Of a DNA stretch of 64,000 nucleotides, positions 20,294-30,276 are shown piece after piece. The number at the start of each line of letters is the position of its first letter. The stretch's first letter is position 1. Where the stretch lies: the sequence record DRR723986_9796; one strand, 5' to 3'. A program made the position numbers and the translations under genes. The notes under the pieces were generated by a model. That model had not been told where the DNA came from. It saw only the letters and a program-made list of their open reading frames with translations, and ran no database searches.

Positions 20294-20923
20294 TTCTAAA
20301 ACTCCTACGGCCTCTCGGAAAGCAGGACCAGGCAACCGATCATGCAACTCTCCGACGTCCAGGTGTTCAGCGTGTTGAAGGAAATACAACCACTTCTCGA
20401 CCGGCAACAAACTCTCGGTTTCGACATTATCGCAAACCTCAGCGAACTTTTCCAATTCAAGGGTATGAAACTCGAGAGCATCAGAGAAAACAAGATCAGC
20501 TTGATCGCATCTCAACCGAAAACTCAAATGGTAGCCAGGAATCTGCGGAAACAATTTACGTGACAAGACGCAAATGCTAATGGAGGGCCGAAGAGCAAGA
20601 TAAGCATCCCCTTCGCTGATCTGACGCGCGAGATTCAAACTACCGTAGTACGTCAATCGCTGGGGTAAATCCAGAGGAATGGTGGTCTGCATTTCTATGT
20701 TGAAACAACGACCAGAACTATCGGTTGCCAACACGTCAAGCACCACCAGCTTGTCATCCGATCGATCTTTCCCCTGAATCGGATTCAGGATCTCCACATC
20801 TACAATCGGCTCCGGCAGACTTAAGACGGAATTCAAGAAGTGAATGGTCACCGATGTATGGTCGGGACTACCAAACACTAACTTAAATGCAAAATCAACC
20901 TTTGGATCAATCCCAAGCGGCAT
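20018..20923 (-). CDS. Rpn family recombination-promoting nuclease / PD-(D/E)xK putative transposase
   Basis: PKVDFAFKLVFG, LDVLA...NIEMQ, RL.YY, EFHTLEL.KF, KWLYFL, EGLEKGREEG tail. Confidence 0.93.
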   Translation of the reverse strand: MPLGIDPKVDFAFKLVFGSPDHTSVTIHFLNSVLSLPEPIVDVEILNPIQGKDRSDDKLVVLDVLATDSSGRCFNIEMQTTIPLDLPQRLTYYGSLNLARQISEGDAYLALRPSISICVLSRKLFPQIPGYHLSFRLRCDQADLVFSDALEFHTLELEKFAEVCDNVETESLLPVEKWLYFLQHAEHLDVGELHDRLPGPAFREAVGVLEMISRTPQERHYYEARLKFQRDQQANMMAARLEGLEKGREEGHRAAMVSTVRMLEDLMGESLSDESVLEERSTAELHERVDQLREQIRKRQS

Positions 20924-20928
20924 CTGAA

Positions 20929-22635
20929 TCACTCATCAATAAACAGACTCATACGACGAATGCGGCGAATCGTGGAAAGCAGTGTCATGCAGATTACGCC
21001 GAGCCCGACCACAAAGATCGTCGCAAAGTCCTTCTTAACAAAGTCCTGCATTGGTGCAAAGACCGCAAGGAGGATGAATCCGGCGATGCATACACCCGTC
21101 GTAAACAGAACGAATCGCGCTCGGTAGAACAGACTGCTCGCGACAACCATCATCGGGTAGCCGATCAGCAACATTGACCGGGGTTCGTCGGCAAAGGCAA
21201 GCAGGCTGGTATAAATGGTGACATCAACCGTTGCCCAGGTCAGACAGGCGAGATCGCGCCAGCGAGCTTTAATGACCCACAACTGGAGAAAGTAGCTGGC
21301 TGCGATCCAAGAAAACAGCAACACCATGCGAACAGGAAACTCGCGAGTCGGCTCGGCACCTCGCCAATAATGCCAGCCAGCGACGATGGCCGTTGTCAGT
21401 CCAATTCCGCACAGGTGCACGACCAAGATCGGCTCCCGCCGCCACCACGAATGGAGTCGCCCCGCCAACGTTGGAAGTGGACAATCCAGCGGCTGACCAC
21501 GTAGTAGTTTCTTCAGATCCTGCGCCAGCGCCTCAGCACTTGAGTACCGCAGCTTTGGAGCCTTATGAAGCGCTCGTTGGCACACAAAATCAAGTTCATG
21601 CGACACTCCGCGGCGCACCTTACTCGGCGGCGGGGGCTCACGATCAAGAACTTGCATCAACACATCAAAAGGAGTTGGACCAGTAAACGGAGGTTGGCCA
21701 GCACAAAGAAAATACAGAATCGCACCGAGTGAGTAGACATCCGAACACGGCGTTGGCTGGGTCGCGTGACCGCTGGCGTGCTCAGGGGCCATGTAGGCCG
21801 GAGTTCCCAAGATCTGGCCTGTGGCCGTCAGACCGGCGTCTTGGTTGACAATCTTTGCCAGCCCAAAATCGATTAAGATTGGCTGACCCTGCTTATCAAT
21901 GAGAACATTGGCGGGTTTGATGTCACGATGCAAAACGCCCGCTTTATGGGCATGCGTGACTGCCGCACATAGCTGAACCACAATTCGAGCAGCATCCATC
22001 GGGTCCATCAGTTCATCACATGTGGCTTGCGCCAAACTGACCCCATCGATGTAAGCCATTGTGTAATAGACCAACCGGTCAATTACGCCAACTTCGTAGA
22101 TAGGAACAATGCCGGGATGAGTTAACGCGGCAGCAGCCTCTGCCTCGCTGCGAAACCGTTGCACTTCGTCATCGCTAGCCAGTTCACCTGATCGAATAAC
22201 CTTTAGCGCTACAGTACGCCCAAGCTCTTGGTGCCTGGCTTTGTATACGACGCCCATGCCGCCGCGGTCGATCTCCTCCAAAATTTCATACGCGCCAAAG
22301 TAACGCGGAGGCGATGAACCAATACTCGATGCCTGCGCCGGACCAATCCCGGCATGTGTCATCGAACCGTCACCTTCGGCGGTGTCACAAACCTGTTGCT
22401 GACTCGGCGGCGCATGATCGGAAGCACTTTGGCTTGGGGCCGAATTACCGCTGTCTTTAATACTATCGCCTGCAGCGGAGAACTGCTCATGCATATGCAT
22501 GAAATCGAGAAGCGCTTGACGATGCTCTGCGTGCCTGGCAAGAAACTCTTCACGGTCAATACCGCGTCCGCTTTCAGCACGCTCCATAAATTCAGCTAGA
22601 GCCGCATCGAGACTCTTCGGCGTTTCCATGTTCAT
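20929..22635 (-). CDS. Hanks-type Ser/Thr protein kinase with C-terminal multi-pass membrane domain
   Basis: RGGMGVV, VALK, HRDIKPAN, DFGLA, GTPAYMAPE, DVYSLG; several C-terminal TM helices. Confidence 0.95.
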   Translation of the reverse strand: MNMETPKSLDAALAEFMERAESGRGIDREEFLARHAEHRQALLDFMHMHEQFSAAGDSIKDSGNSAPSQSASDHAPPSQQQVCDTAEGDGSMTHAGIGPAQASSIGSSPPRYFGAYEILEEIDRGGMGVVYKARHQELGRTVALKVIRSGELASDDEVQRFRSEAEAAAALTHPGIVPIYEVGVIDRLVYYTMAYIDGVSLAQATCDELMDPMDAARIVVQLCAAVTHAHKAGVLHRDIKPANVLIDKQGQPILIDFGLAKIVNQDAGLTATGQILGTPAYMAPEHASGHATQPTPCSDVYSLGAILYFLCAGQPPFTGPTPFDVLMQVLDREPPPPSKVRRGVSHELDFVCQRALHKAPKLRYSSAEALAQDLKKLLRGQPLDCPLPTLAGRLHSWWRREPILVVHLCGIGLTTAIVAGWHYWRGAEPTREFPVRMVLLFSWIAASYFLQLWVIKARWRDLACLTWATVDVTIYTSLLAFADEPRSMLLIGYPMMVVASSLFYRARFVLFTTGVCIAGFILLAVFAPMQDFVKKDFATIFVVGLGVICMTLLSTIRRIRRMSLFIDE

Positions 22636-22922
22636 TGTCCATCTGCAACCCGAAACAGAGCTAGATCGAAAAGGAGTGCAGTTGCATCGGATTGCACTGC
22701 GACCAGTCCCTTACCACCGGGTGTAAACGCCGTGTTTAAATATGCAAAGTGATTTCCGACCAGTCGATAAATGACCTGTTGAGTCTCGATATCGTATATG
22801 GTTAACGAGTATTTACGCAGAAAACAGCTCAATAGAATCGTGATCGACAGATGTTTCCGAGAGACCGTGAACCGCATTTTGTGCTCCTGGATCGCTAACC
22901 AGACTGAACTTGCCTGGGTCAA
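22632..22922 (-). pseudogene. Possible WD40 terminal-blade fragment
   Basis: LTIYDIET....L.G......AFTPGGKGL....D.TALLFDL; stop overlaps the kinase start; no convincing upstream coding part. Confidence 0.35.
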
Positions 22923-23083
22923 TATAGCGAACCTTCCCTTAGAAGCAAAAAATCGATTACGACAACAACTCGCCGACCAAGAACAACTGTCTACACCTAC
23001 TTAGATCTACGGGCACATTGCCCAAAGTGACGAGAACGGCAGCTTCGAAACTACAACCCGGCAATGAGATCCGTCTTGCCTGC

Positions 23084-23530
23084 TCAACTTTGGCCTGGCA
23101 TCGCTTGCAAAAAGTACCGAGTTTCTTGCTTGAGCCAAAAAATGAGCAGCGGAATCGAGGCTGGCAAACAACAAGCACTGGTCAAGCCGATCCCGATCGT
23201 TGCGAACCCAAGATACCAGGCCGTCTTGCAGGGCCGCATCCACAATGCAATGCCATAGAGAACCGACAGCACAGATCCGATACCGAAGAAGACTACACCT
23301 TGAATCACGTATACGATCGGGGATTCGTCTGGGTCATCGGCCGCAAGTGTCTCAGCAGACAGGAATATAAACACGCCGGCGACAAGACAGAGGAGGTACA
23401 CCAACAGCATGAATAAACAGTAGATCTTGTACCACTGCCAAACTTTAGGGGGCTGAGAGGGAATGGCAAAGCTAGGTGCGACGACAGGTTGCTCAGGTAT
23501 CTGCGGTGGATCGTAGGGAGAACCGCTCAT
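23084..23530 (-). CDS. Hypothetical membrane protein
   Basis: SPYDPP motif then 3-4 hydrophobic helices. Confidence 0.75.
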   Translation of the reverse strand: MSGSPYDPPQIPEQPVVAPSFAIPSQPPKVWQWYKIYCLFMLLVYLLCLVAGVFIFLSAETLAADDPDESPIVYVIQGVVFFGIGSVLSVLYGIALWMRPCKTAWYLGFATIGIGLTSACCLPASIPLLIFWLKQETRYFLQAMPGQS

Positions 23531-23569
23531 TATCTTCAACCTCGCCAGTGGCCCAGGTGTTTTTCAATG

Positions 23570-24142
23570 CTATTTAACTCGAAGCCGGAATGACCACTGC
23601 GCTGTGGTGTCAATTGAGGCTGGTGGTACGGCACTGATAACAGCCGTCGAGTCCGACTTGGAAGCTTTGGCCGGCGCGATGGCTTCTAACGTCAATCCAC
23701 CGTGAGCATCCAAGCTGACAACCTGTCCAGTATTAAGCGCCTCAACTTGGGTGCATTCGGCGGCAATCCAATCACCGCTAAGCTGATAAGTCGCCGCCAG
23801 CGCTTCCGCCTCGACAGGGCTTCGGAACGCATGCTCGACGATCCAGCACTTCAGATCTGGAACAAGCGTATAGCTGACCGACCAGTGCCCACGACCAGCC
23901 ATCCCAACTCCGAAGACGACTTGCCGTCCGTCCGGAAAATCCTGTTGGTGTATCTGCTGGATCGGGGGACTATGAGGCCAACCGCTTGGCGAATCCCCTT
24001 CGATGCTCTGAAGCACACATTCGTTATCAAACCGCCACGAATGCTGGTAACGATCTTCTTGCCACAGGAACTGTAGAGTTCCAAGGCGACCGCCATCGAG
24101 TGTGATTTCGTCGCTACCGCGTCGCGTTTGCTTTTCCGCCAT
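23570..24142 (-). CDS. Hypothetical protein
   Basis: Follows prfB; DRYQH...SIEG....WP.SPPIQQ...GVGMAGRGHWS looks like a conserved domain; ATG 24142 avoids overlap with prfB. Confidence 0.75.
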   Translation of the reverse strand: MAEKQTRRGSDEITLDGGRLGTLQFLWQEDRYQHSWRFDNECVLQSIEGDSPSGWPHSPPIQQIHQQDFPDGRQVVFGVGMAGRGHWSVSYTLVPDLKCWIVEHAFRSPVEAEALAATYQLSGDWIAAECTQVEALNTGQVVSLDAHGGLTLEAIAPAKASKSDSTAVISAVPPASIDTTAQWSFRLRVK

Positions 24143-24165
24143 GTTTAGCCTGAACTTTCGTTCGC

Positions 24166-25294
24166 CTAAGAATTCGCGTCCTTGACCGCCTGGTTCTGGC
24201 CCATACGCCACACCAAGAAAGAATCTAGAAAACCTTGGATATCACCGTCCATGACAGCTTGAAAGCTACCTTGGTAATGCTCGGTGCGAGCATCCTTCAC
24301 ACGCTGATCCGGGTGCAGGAAGTAGTTTCGAATCTGTGATCCGAATCCTTTCTGACGTACCTTGTTCTGGTACTTGGCTGCCTGCTCCTCTTCGCGGCGT
24401 TCTTCCTCGATGCGAGCGATCCTGGCTCGCAACATCTTCCAAGCCTGCGCGCGATTCTTATGCTGACTTCGCTCGCTTTGACACTGGGCAACCTCACCGG
24501 TGGGCAAGTGCGTCAACCTGACGGCACTGTCAGTCTTATTGACATGCTGCCCGCCAGCGCCGCTGGCGCGATATGTATCCTCGCGGACATCTTTCTCATC
24601 GATCTCGACATCCACACTGTCACTGATTTCAGGCGACACATCGACGGCGGCGAAACTAGTCTGCCTTTTCCCATCAGCATTAAAAGGACTGATTCGCACC
24701 AACCGGTGGATGCCCTCTTCACCCTTCAGGTAGCCGTAGGCCATCGGGCCGCGGATGGCAACTGTTGCTTGAGTGATTCCCGCTTCTTCGTTGTCTTGTC
24801 GGTCGAGCAGTTCAGCGCTCATGTCATGCTTGGTTGCCCAAGCGATGTACATCTTAAGCAGCATCTCGGCCCAGTCATTGGCGTCAACGCCACCATCCCT
24901 GGCATGCACGCTTAGCAGCGCGCCAGCAGAATCATGCGGACCGTCCAGCATCGCTTGCAGCTCGAGCTCTTCGACTTGTTTTTCCAGTCGAGAGATTTCA
25001 CTGACGACTTCAGCCCGCGCAGATTCGTCCTCATCTAAGAAGGCGATCAAATCGGCCAAGTCACCCGACGCGTCGAGCGATTCTTGCAGCGGGCCAACGA
25101 CACTTCGAAGCCCCTTCAGCTCAGCAACGGTTGCCTGCGCAGTTTCTTGATTGTTCCAAAAGCCCTCGGCAGCCATTTGTTCTTCGATGGCTGCGACTTG
25201 TCGCGTTTTGCTATCGAAGTCAAAGACTGTCCCGGAGCTGTGTCAGGCGGCTTCGAATCGCTTCCGCGCGATCCGACAGTTCGCTGTCACTCAT
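24166..25294 (-). CDS. prfB: Peptide chain release factor 2 (programmed +1 frameshift, about 375 aa)
   Basis: SPF and GGQ motifs; upstream frame MSDSELSDRAEAIRSRLTQLRDSL ends in CTT TGA C and continues +1 as DFDSKTRQVAAIEEQ into the 336-aa ORF. Confidence 0.97.
25219..25225 (-). other. prfB programmed ribosomal frameshift site CTTTGAC
   Basis: Canonical CUU UGA C at codon 24. Confidence 0.95.
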
Positions 25295-25859
25295 CCTAGG
25301 ACGCCTCGTAATATTTCGTGGGATTGTTCGTGAAAGCGGATTCTCTTCGCACCACAAGCCAAGCTCGCGTGCAACCAGGATTCCACTCTTCGTCAAATGT
25401 TACTGAAGGGCTCGATTGTAACCTTGGCAGTCAATGCCCCACAGCCCACTGGAGCCGCCGCAACGATCGGAAACGACAGACAGTGTCAACAATCGGCGGT
25501 ATCCGCGGCGGGTAAGCAACTTCCCAGAGTGTCCAGACAAAGTGTTCAAACAAACCGGAACGCTCCCAAACAAACCAGAGCTGGGCTGTAAACGATGCTC
25601 CGTTTGCCCGGTCAGCTCGACGCCACTGGCTGGCTGAAGGCATAAAATAGTTACAATCGGAGCATCTCACGCGGCGAAGCCTCTGGTCGAGCGGCAGCGG
25701 CGTGATGGCTATCACCAACGGTGCCACGTTGCCGAATGAGTCTTCTGAGGTCACGGGCGTCGGTTTAGCCGCGCTGGTTAGCCACACGGGCGATCGTTAC
25801 AAACTGAAAATAAATCGGCCTGATAGATCCTCAAGCGGAAAAGAACAGGGAGACTCTGA

Positions 25860-26891
25860 GTGGCTGATAAGCCGGTTGCAAAGCCTAAGAATGTCGGTGA
25901 CCTGCTGCGCGAGTTTCGCGAACACCGAGATACAATGCGAGCAGAATTGGCCAAGGTAGTCATTGGCCAAGACGAAGTCATCGAACAATTACTAGCTGCG
26001 ATTTTTACTCGCGGACATTGCTTGCTCGAGGGCGTACCGGGACTCGCAAAGACACTCATGGTCAGTTCGCTGGCGCAGATCGTCGATGTCTCTTTCAATC
26101 GTATCCAGTTCACGCCTGACCTGATGCCATCTGACATCACCGGAACGAACGTGCTGGACGAAGACGAACACGGACGGCGACAATTCCGCTTCGTCGAAGG
26201 CCCCATCTTCACAAACATTCTCTTGGCGGACGAAATCAACCGAACGCCACCCAAGACCCAAGCCGCTCTTCTGCAAGCAATGCAAGAACGAGAGGTATCG
26301 GTCGGACGCACGACCTACGAACTGCCTGAGCCGTTTTTCACCATTGCGACTCAGAACCCAATCGAACAAGAGGGCACGTATCCGCTGCCTGAAGCGCAGC
26401 TTGACCGGTTCATGTTCAACATCAAAGTTGGATACCCTTCAGCCGAGGAAGAGGAACAAATCCTGCTAGCGACAACGCGGAACGAAAAACCTGAAGTCGG
26501 CAAAGTACTGTCAGCCCGAGCCATTATCAACATCCAGAAACTGGTGCACTCAGTTGCTGTCAGTCCGTTTGCGGTGAAGTATGTCGCGACGATCGTCCGT
26601 GCAACACGTCCAGGCGATGCTCGAACGCCACAATTTGTAAAGGACCTCGTCGATTGGGGAGCGGGGCCGCGGGCAGGGCAATTCCTAATTAACGGAGCCA
26701 AGGCAATTGCTGCCATGGATGGACGATTCAGCATCGCACTGGAAGATGTGCGGCGGGTCGCCGTGCCCGTGCTACGCCACCGAATCAGCACCAACTTCCA
26801 AGCGCAAGCTGAGGGCATGAGCAGCGAAAAAGTAATCGAACGACTCCTGAAAGAGATCCCTGAACCAGAAGTTCCGAAGTTCAAGAAGTAA
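25860..26891 (+). CDS. MoxR family AAA+ ATPase
   Basis: EGVPGLAKT, RIQFTPDLMPSD, DEINRTPPKTQAALL, ATQNPIEQEGTYPLPEAQLDRF. Confidence 0.96.
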   Translation: MADKPVAKPKNVGDLLREFREHRDTMRAELAKVVIGQDEVIEQLLAAIFTRGHCLLEGVPGLAKTLMVSSLAQIVDVSFNRIQFTPDLMPSDITGTNVLDEDEHGRRQFRFVEGPIFTNILLADEINRTPPKTQAALLQAMQEREVSVGRTTYELPEPFFTIATQNPIEQEGTYPLPEAQLDRFMFNIKVGYPSAEEEEQILLATTRNEKPEVGKVLSARAIINIQKLVHSVAVSPFAVKYVATIVRATRPGDARTPQFVKDLVDWGAGPRAGQFLINGAKAIAAMDGRFSIALEDVRRVAVPVLRHRISTNFQAQAEGMSSEKVIERLLKEIPEPEVPKFKK

Positions 26892-26989
26892 CTCGCAGCT
26901 TCGGGAAAACGACTTCGCCGATCGCCACTTGGCCGCCGAAGACAGCCCAGCAGTCCCCTGACAGTTCCATTTGGCATTGAGAGCCACGC

Positions 26990-27886
26990 ATGGCGGCCGT
27001 TGAACAATATCTAAAGCCAGAGCTGGCCGCTCAAATCAAACGCCTGGATCTGCGCGCACAGATGGTGGTTCGCGGTTTCATGCAGGGACTCCACGCGAGC
27101 CCGTTTCACGGCTTCAGCGTTGAATTCAGCGAACACCGTCGATACGCGGCCGGCGACGACCCGAAAGACATTGATTGGATTGCCTACGCCAAGACCGGCA
27201 AGTACTACATCAAGAAGTTTGAATCCGAAACAAACCTGACGGGTTACCTGGCTATCGATTTGAGCAAGTCGATGGACTACACTTATCGACAAAGTCTGAC
27301 AAAACTAGACTACTCGATATGCCTGGCTGCAGCGCTGTGTTACCTGATGATTCAACAGCAGGATCCAGTCGGCTTGGTTACCTTCGACAAGACTCTCCAT
27401 GCAAGCGTGCCACCGCGCAGTCGCCGAAGCCAACTGCCTACAATCCTCAGCCGACTGACTAAATTGAGTGCGACCGGCGAAACGGATCTGGCCGCTTCGT
27501 TGATCCAAATGGCTGCGATGTTGCGGCACCGCAGCCTGATCATGCTCTTCAGCGATCTGTTGACCGATGAAGAAGAAATGCTCAGATCACTTCGCTCACT
27601 TCGCCACGGCGGACACGACATCATCGTGTTTCACGTTCTCGATGAAGCTGAAGTCAGCTTTCCATTCGATGGTATGGTAACACTGCGTGACACCGAAACG
27701 GGACAATCTGAATCGGTCAGCGCGCGGGACGCGGCCAGCGAGTACCAACAGACGATCGCCGACTTCCGAGAGAGAATGGATCGGGAGATGAGCGCCAGCC
27801 GCATTGACTACGTCCCGATTGATACGAGCATGCCATACGACAAAGCACTGATGGAGTACCTACTGAGTCGACGGGCTCGTTGCTGA
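26990..27886 (+). CDS. DUF58 domain (vWA-like) protein
   Basis: G.H.S...G.SVEFSEHR.Y..GDD...IDW, D.S.SM, FSDL. Confidence 0.94.
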   Translation: MAAVEQYLKPELAAQIKRLDLRAQMVVRGFMQGLHASPFHGFSVEFSEHRRYAAGDDPKDIDWIAYAKTGKYYIKKFESETNLTGYLAIDLSKSMDYTYRQSLTKLDYSICLAAALCYLMIQQQDPVGLVTFDKTLHASVPPRSRRSQLPTILSRLTKLSATGETDLAASLIQMAAMLRHRSLIMLFSDLLTDEEEMLRSLRSLRHGGHDIIVFHVLDEAEVSFPFDGMVTLRDTETGQSESVSARDAASEYQQTIADFRERMDREMSASRIDYVPIDTSMPYDKALMEYLLSRRARC

Positions 27887-27889
27887 TCC

Positions 27890-30274
27890 ATGACATTTTT
27901 GCACATTTCGCTGATCGCCGGAGCTGCTACCATTGCGGTGCCCATTGCCCTCCATCTTTTCGGGCAGCGGCAACCGAAGGTCATGGACTTTCCGGCCCTT
28001 CGATTTGTTCGACAAACCGCGCAGGAAAAACGCTCAAGTTGGCAACTTCGCCACATCCTGCTTCTACTACTCAGGATCCTACTTCTGGCGCTAGTCGCTC
28101 TAGCCCTTGCTCGGCCACGCGTTCATTCGGCCCTTCTGGGAAGCTCCATCGGCATCTCGCTGCTGGCCGTCGTGGCGCTGCTGGTCTCTGTTGCTGCCGC
28201 AGTGACCTGGGTGACCGGCCGCAATCTTGCCGTACGGATCATCGCGACCACAATTGCAGCGGGCCTGTGGTTGGTAGCTGCTGGCTGGCTGGTCAGCGCA
28301 TCGCGAGGGGCACCCTCGATACCTGGCGGTGATGCAGACGCACCGATTGCTGCGGCCATCATTGTCGACAACGGACCGCCGATGCAATACATTGTCGCCG
28401 GAGAAACTCGACTGGAAAAAGCGAAAGACTTTGCTGGATGGATTCTTGGCAAACTGCCCAAAGAGAGCCGTGTCGGAATCTTGGCCGGCGCGCCGATTGG
28501 AGCCCTTTCGCTCAGCCCGGTAACAGGCCAAGCTCAGGTCGATGCGGTTCAAGCCCTGGGGGTTTCGGTCGATCTTGTTTCCCGTATCCAGACCGCCGTC
28601 GAGCTAGTCCTCAAAGAAGACCTGGATCGCAAGGAAGTATACGTTGTCACCGACCTGAGCAAGGCTGGTTGGCAAAGTGAAGACCAAGCACTCCTGACAT
28701 CATTGGCCGAGTATCGCGATGAAGTGCTGGTGCAAATCATTGATATCGGCGACGAAGCTAACACCAACTGGGCGCTCGGCAATGTTGATATCGATCTGCC
28801 GGTAGCTTACGAAGGTGCAGATATCAACTTCACCGTGCCTGTGACCAGCCCGGCCGACGCAGAACAGTCGCCGGTATCCGTCGAACTAGTCTCAGAGGTC
28901 TACGATCCTTCTTATCCCACCAACCGCCAAGGTGAAAGAGCCTATGCCGCACGACGTGTGATCGACCGCAAAATTATCGATATCGGAGCAGGGGAAACAG
29001 TTCAGGTCTCGCTCAAGGCCACCAGCGTCGTCCAACCGACGAACAACTTTATCATTCGCCTGAATCAGCAAGACCCACTTGCGCTCGACAATGAACGTTA
29101 CGTGAGTATCCCCACCTTTCGGCAGCGGCCAACGCTCATGGTCGCAACCGATCGCCGAATCGGCCAGTTGCTCACCGCATTGGTCGACCCAAATGCACGT
29201 GCCGCGGACAGCAAGGCCGCTCAAGTTCAGTACGTGCAGTTGGCTGATACGGCCCTGGAAAACTACGACGTGGTTTGCCTGTATGACCCGCCGATGCTGT
29301 CTGATTCTGCTCTCGAGAAACTGCGACGGCATGTCGCCGGTGGCGGCGGTTTGTTAGTGATTCTTGGACCACAACTGGCCGCTTCAGCCGGCAAGGCAAA
29401 CGCAATGAACGCTTTGCTGCCGGGACCGCTGGATCGTGTTGTCGATCGCAGCAGTGCATCGGCGTTCTTTGACATCACCGCACCCTCTGATCCGATTCTC
29501 GCGGAATTGGGCGAATGGGCCGATAGCGCAGAATGGAATCGACTGCCGGTTAAGACGAACTGGCAACTCGGTGAATTGACCGAGTCGGCTCGAATCATCG
29601 CACGGTACCAGGACAACCAGAACCCCGCGGTGATTGCTCATGATGTTGGCCGCGGGCAGGTCATCACTTTCACGACTCCAATTCCTGAGCCAGACCTGCG
29701 ACAGCGGCCTCTGTGGAATTTCATGTGGGCCAATGACGAACCCTACGCAACCTTCGGCCTCTTGCTTGGCGCGCTGCGCGTTCTCAGTGGAGCTGACATG
29801 AGTCCAGGAACATTCACAACCGGCCAAGCTGTCGTATTGGACAACGAAGTGCAGCGCTGGCCCACCGCCTACTCATATTATCCACCATTGCCGCTAACGA
29901 ATCGAAATCTGCCTGCATCAGAAGGAGCCATCTCGGTGGCCGGAGCTGAGGCGACGGGGCTGCATTACTTGAGGGGTGTCCGCTCAGGAAAGCCGGTTCT
30001 ACGCAGTTTCGCCTGCAACACCCCGGCCGAAGCAACTGCTCTTGAGCGAATGGACTCCGAATCGCTCGACATGACGCTTGGCGAAGACAATTATCGAATT
30101 GCCAGAAGGCGGGACGACGTCGAAAGCAGCATCGGCTACGCTAGGTTCGGTCGCGAGCTATTCCCAATGCTTATGGCAATCGTGGCAGCAGTTTTTGTAG
30201 CCGAACAAGCGATGTCCAATCGTTTCTACAGCGTCAAATTCTCCGGCTCTGCCTCTGGGCGAAAGGGGAAATAG
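27890..30274 (+). CDS. BatA domain-containing membrane protein
   Basis: PIALHL......FPALRF...LLLLLR.....ALARP N-terminus, degenerate vWA, DN.RY, GGGLL GATase-like segment. Confidence 0.88.
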   Translation: MTFLHISLIAGAATIAVPIALHLFGQRQPKVMDFPALRFVRQTAQEKRSSWQLRHILLLLLRILLLALVALALARPRVHSALLGSSIGISLLAVVALLVSVAAAVTWVTGRNLAVRIIATTIAAGLWLVAAGWLVSASRGAPSIPGGDADAPIAAAIIVDNGPPMQYIVAGETRLEKAKDFAGWILGKLPKESRVGILAGAPIGALSLSPVTGQAQVDAVQALGVSVDLVSRIQTAVELVLKEDLDRKEVYVVTDLSKAGWQSEDQALLTSLAEYRDEVLVQIIDIGDEANTNWALGNVDIDLPVAYEGADINFTVPVTSPADAEQSPVSVELVSEVYDPSYPTNRQGERAYAARRVIDRKIIDIGAGETVQVSLKATSVVQPTNNFIIRLNQQDPLALDNERYVSIPTFRQRPTLMVATDRRIGQLLTALVDPNARAADSKAAQVQYVQLADTALENYDVVCLYDPPMLSDSALEKLRRHVAGGGGLLVILGPQLAASAGKANAMNALLPGPLDRVVDRSSASAFFDITAPSDPILAELGEWADSAEWNRLPVKTNWQLGELTESARIIARYQDNQNPAVIAHDVGRGQVITFTTPIPEPDLRQRPLWNFMWANDEPYATFGLLLGALRVLSGADMSPGTFTTGQAVVLDNEVQRWPTAYSYYPPLPLTNRNLPASEGAISVAGAEATGLHYLRGVRSGKPVLRSFACNTPAEATALERMDSESLDMTLGEDNYRIARRRDDVESSIGYARFGRELFPMLMAIVAAVFVAEQAMSNRFYSVKFSGSASGRKGK

Positions 30275-30276
30275 CC

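Noticed and set aside
19973-20931. 8-bp CTGAATCA repeat flanking the Rpn gene as a target-site duplication
   Set aside because: Too short, no terminal inverted repeats, and one copy overlaps a plausible extended -10 element (TGCTATGAT) for the TMEM43 gene.
25431-25787. ORFs in the prfB-MoxR spacer
   Set aside because: Several short overlapping frames with no motif or RBS support.
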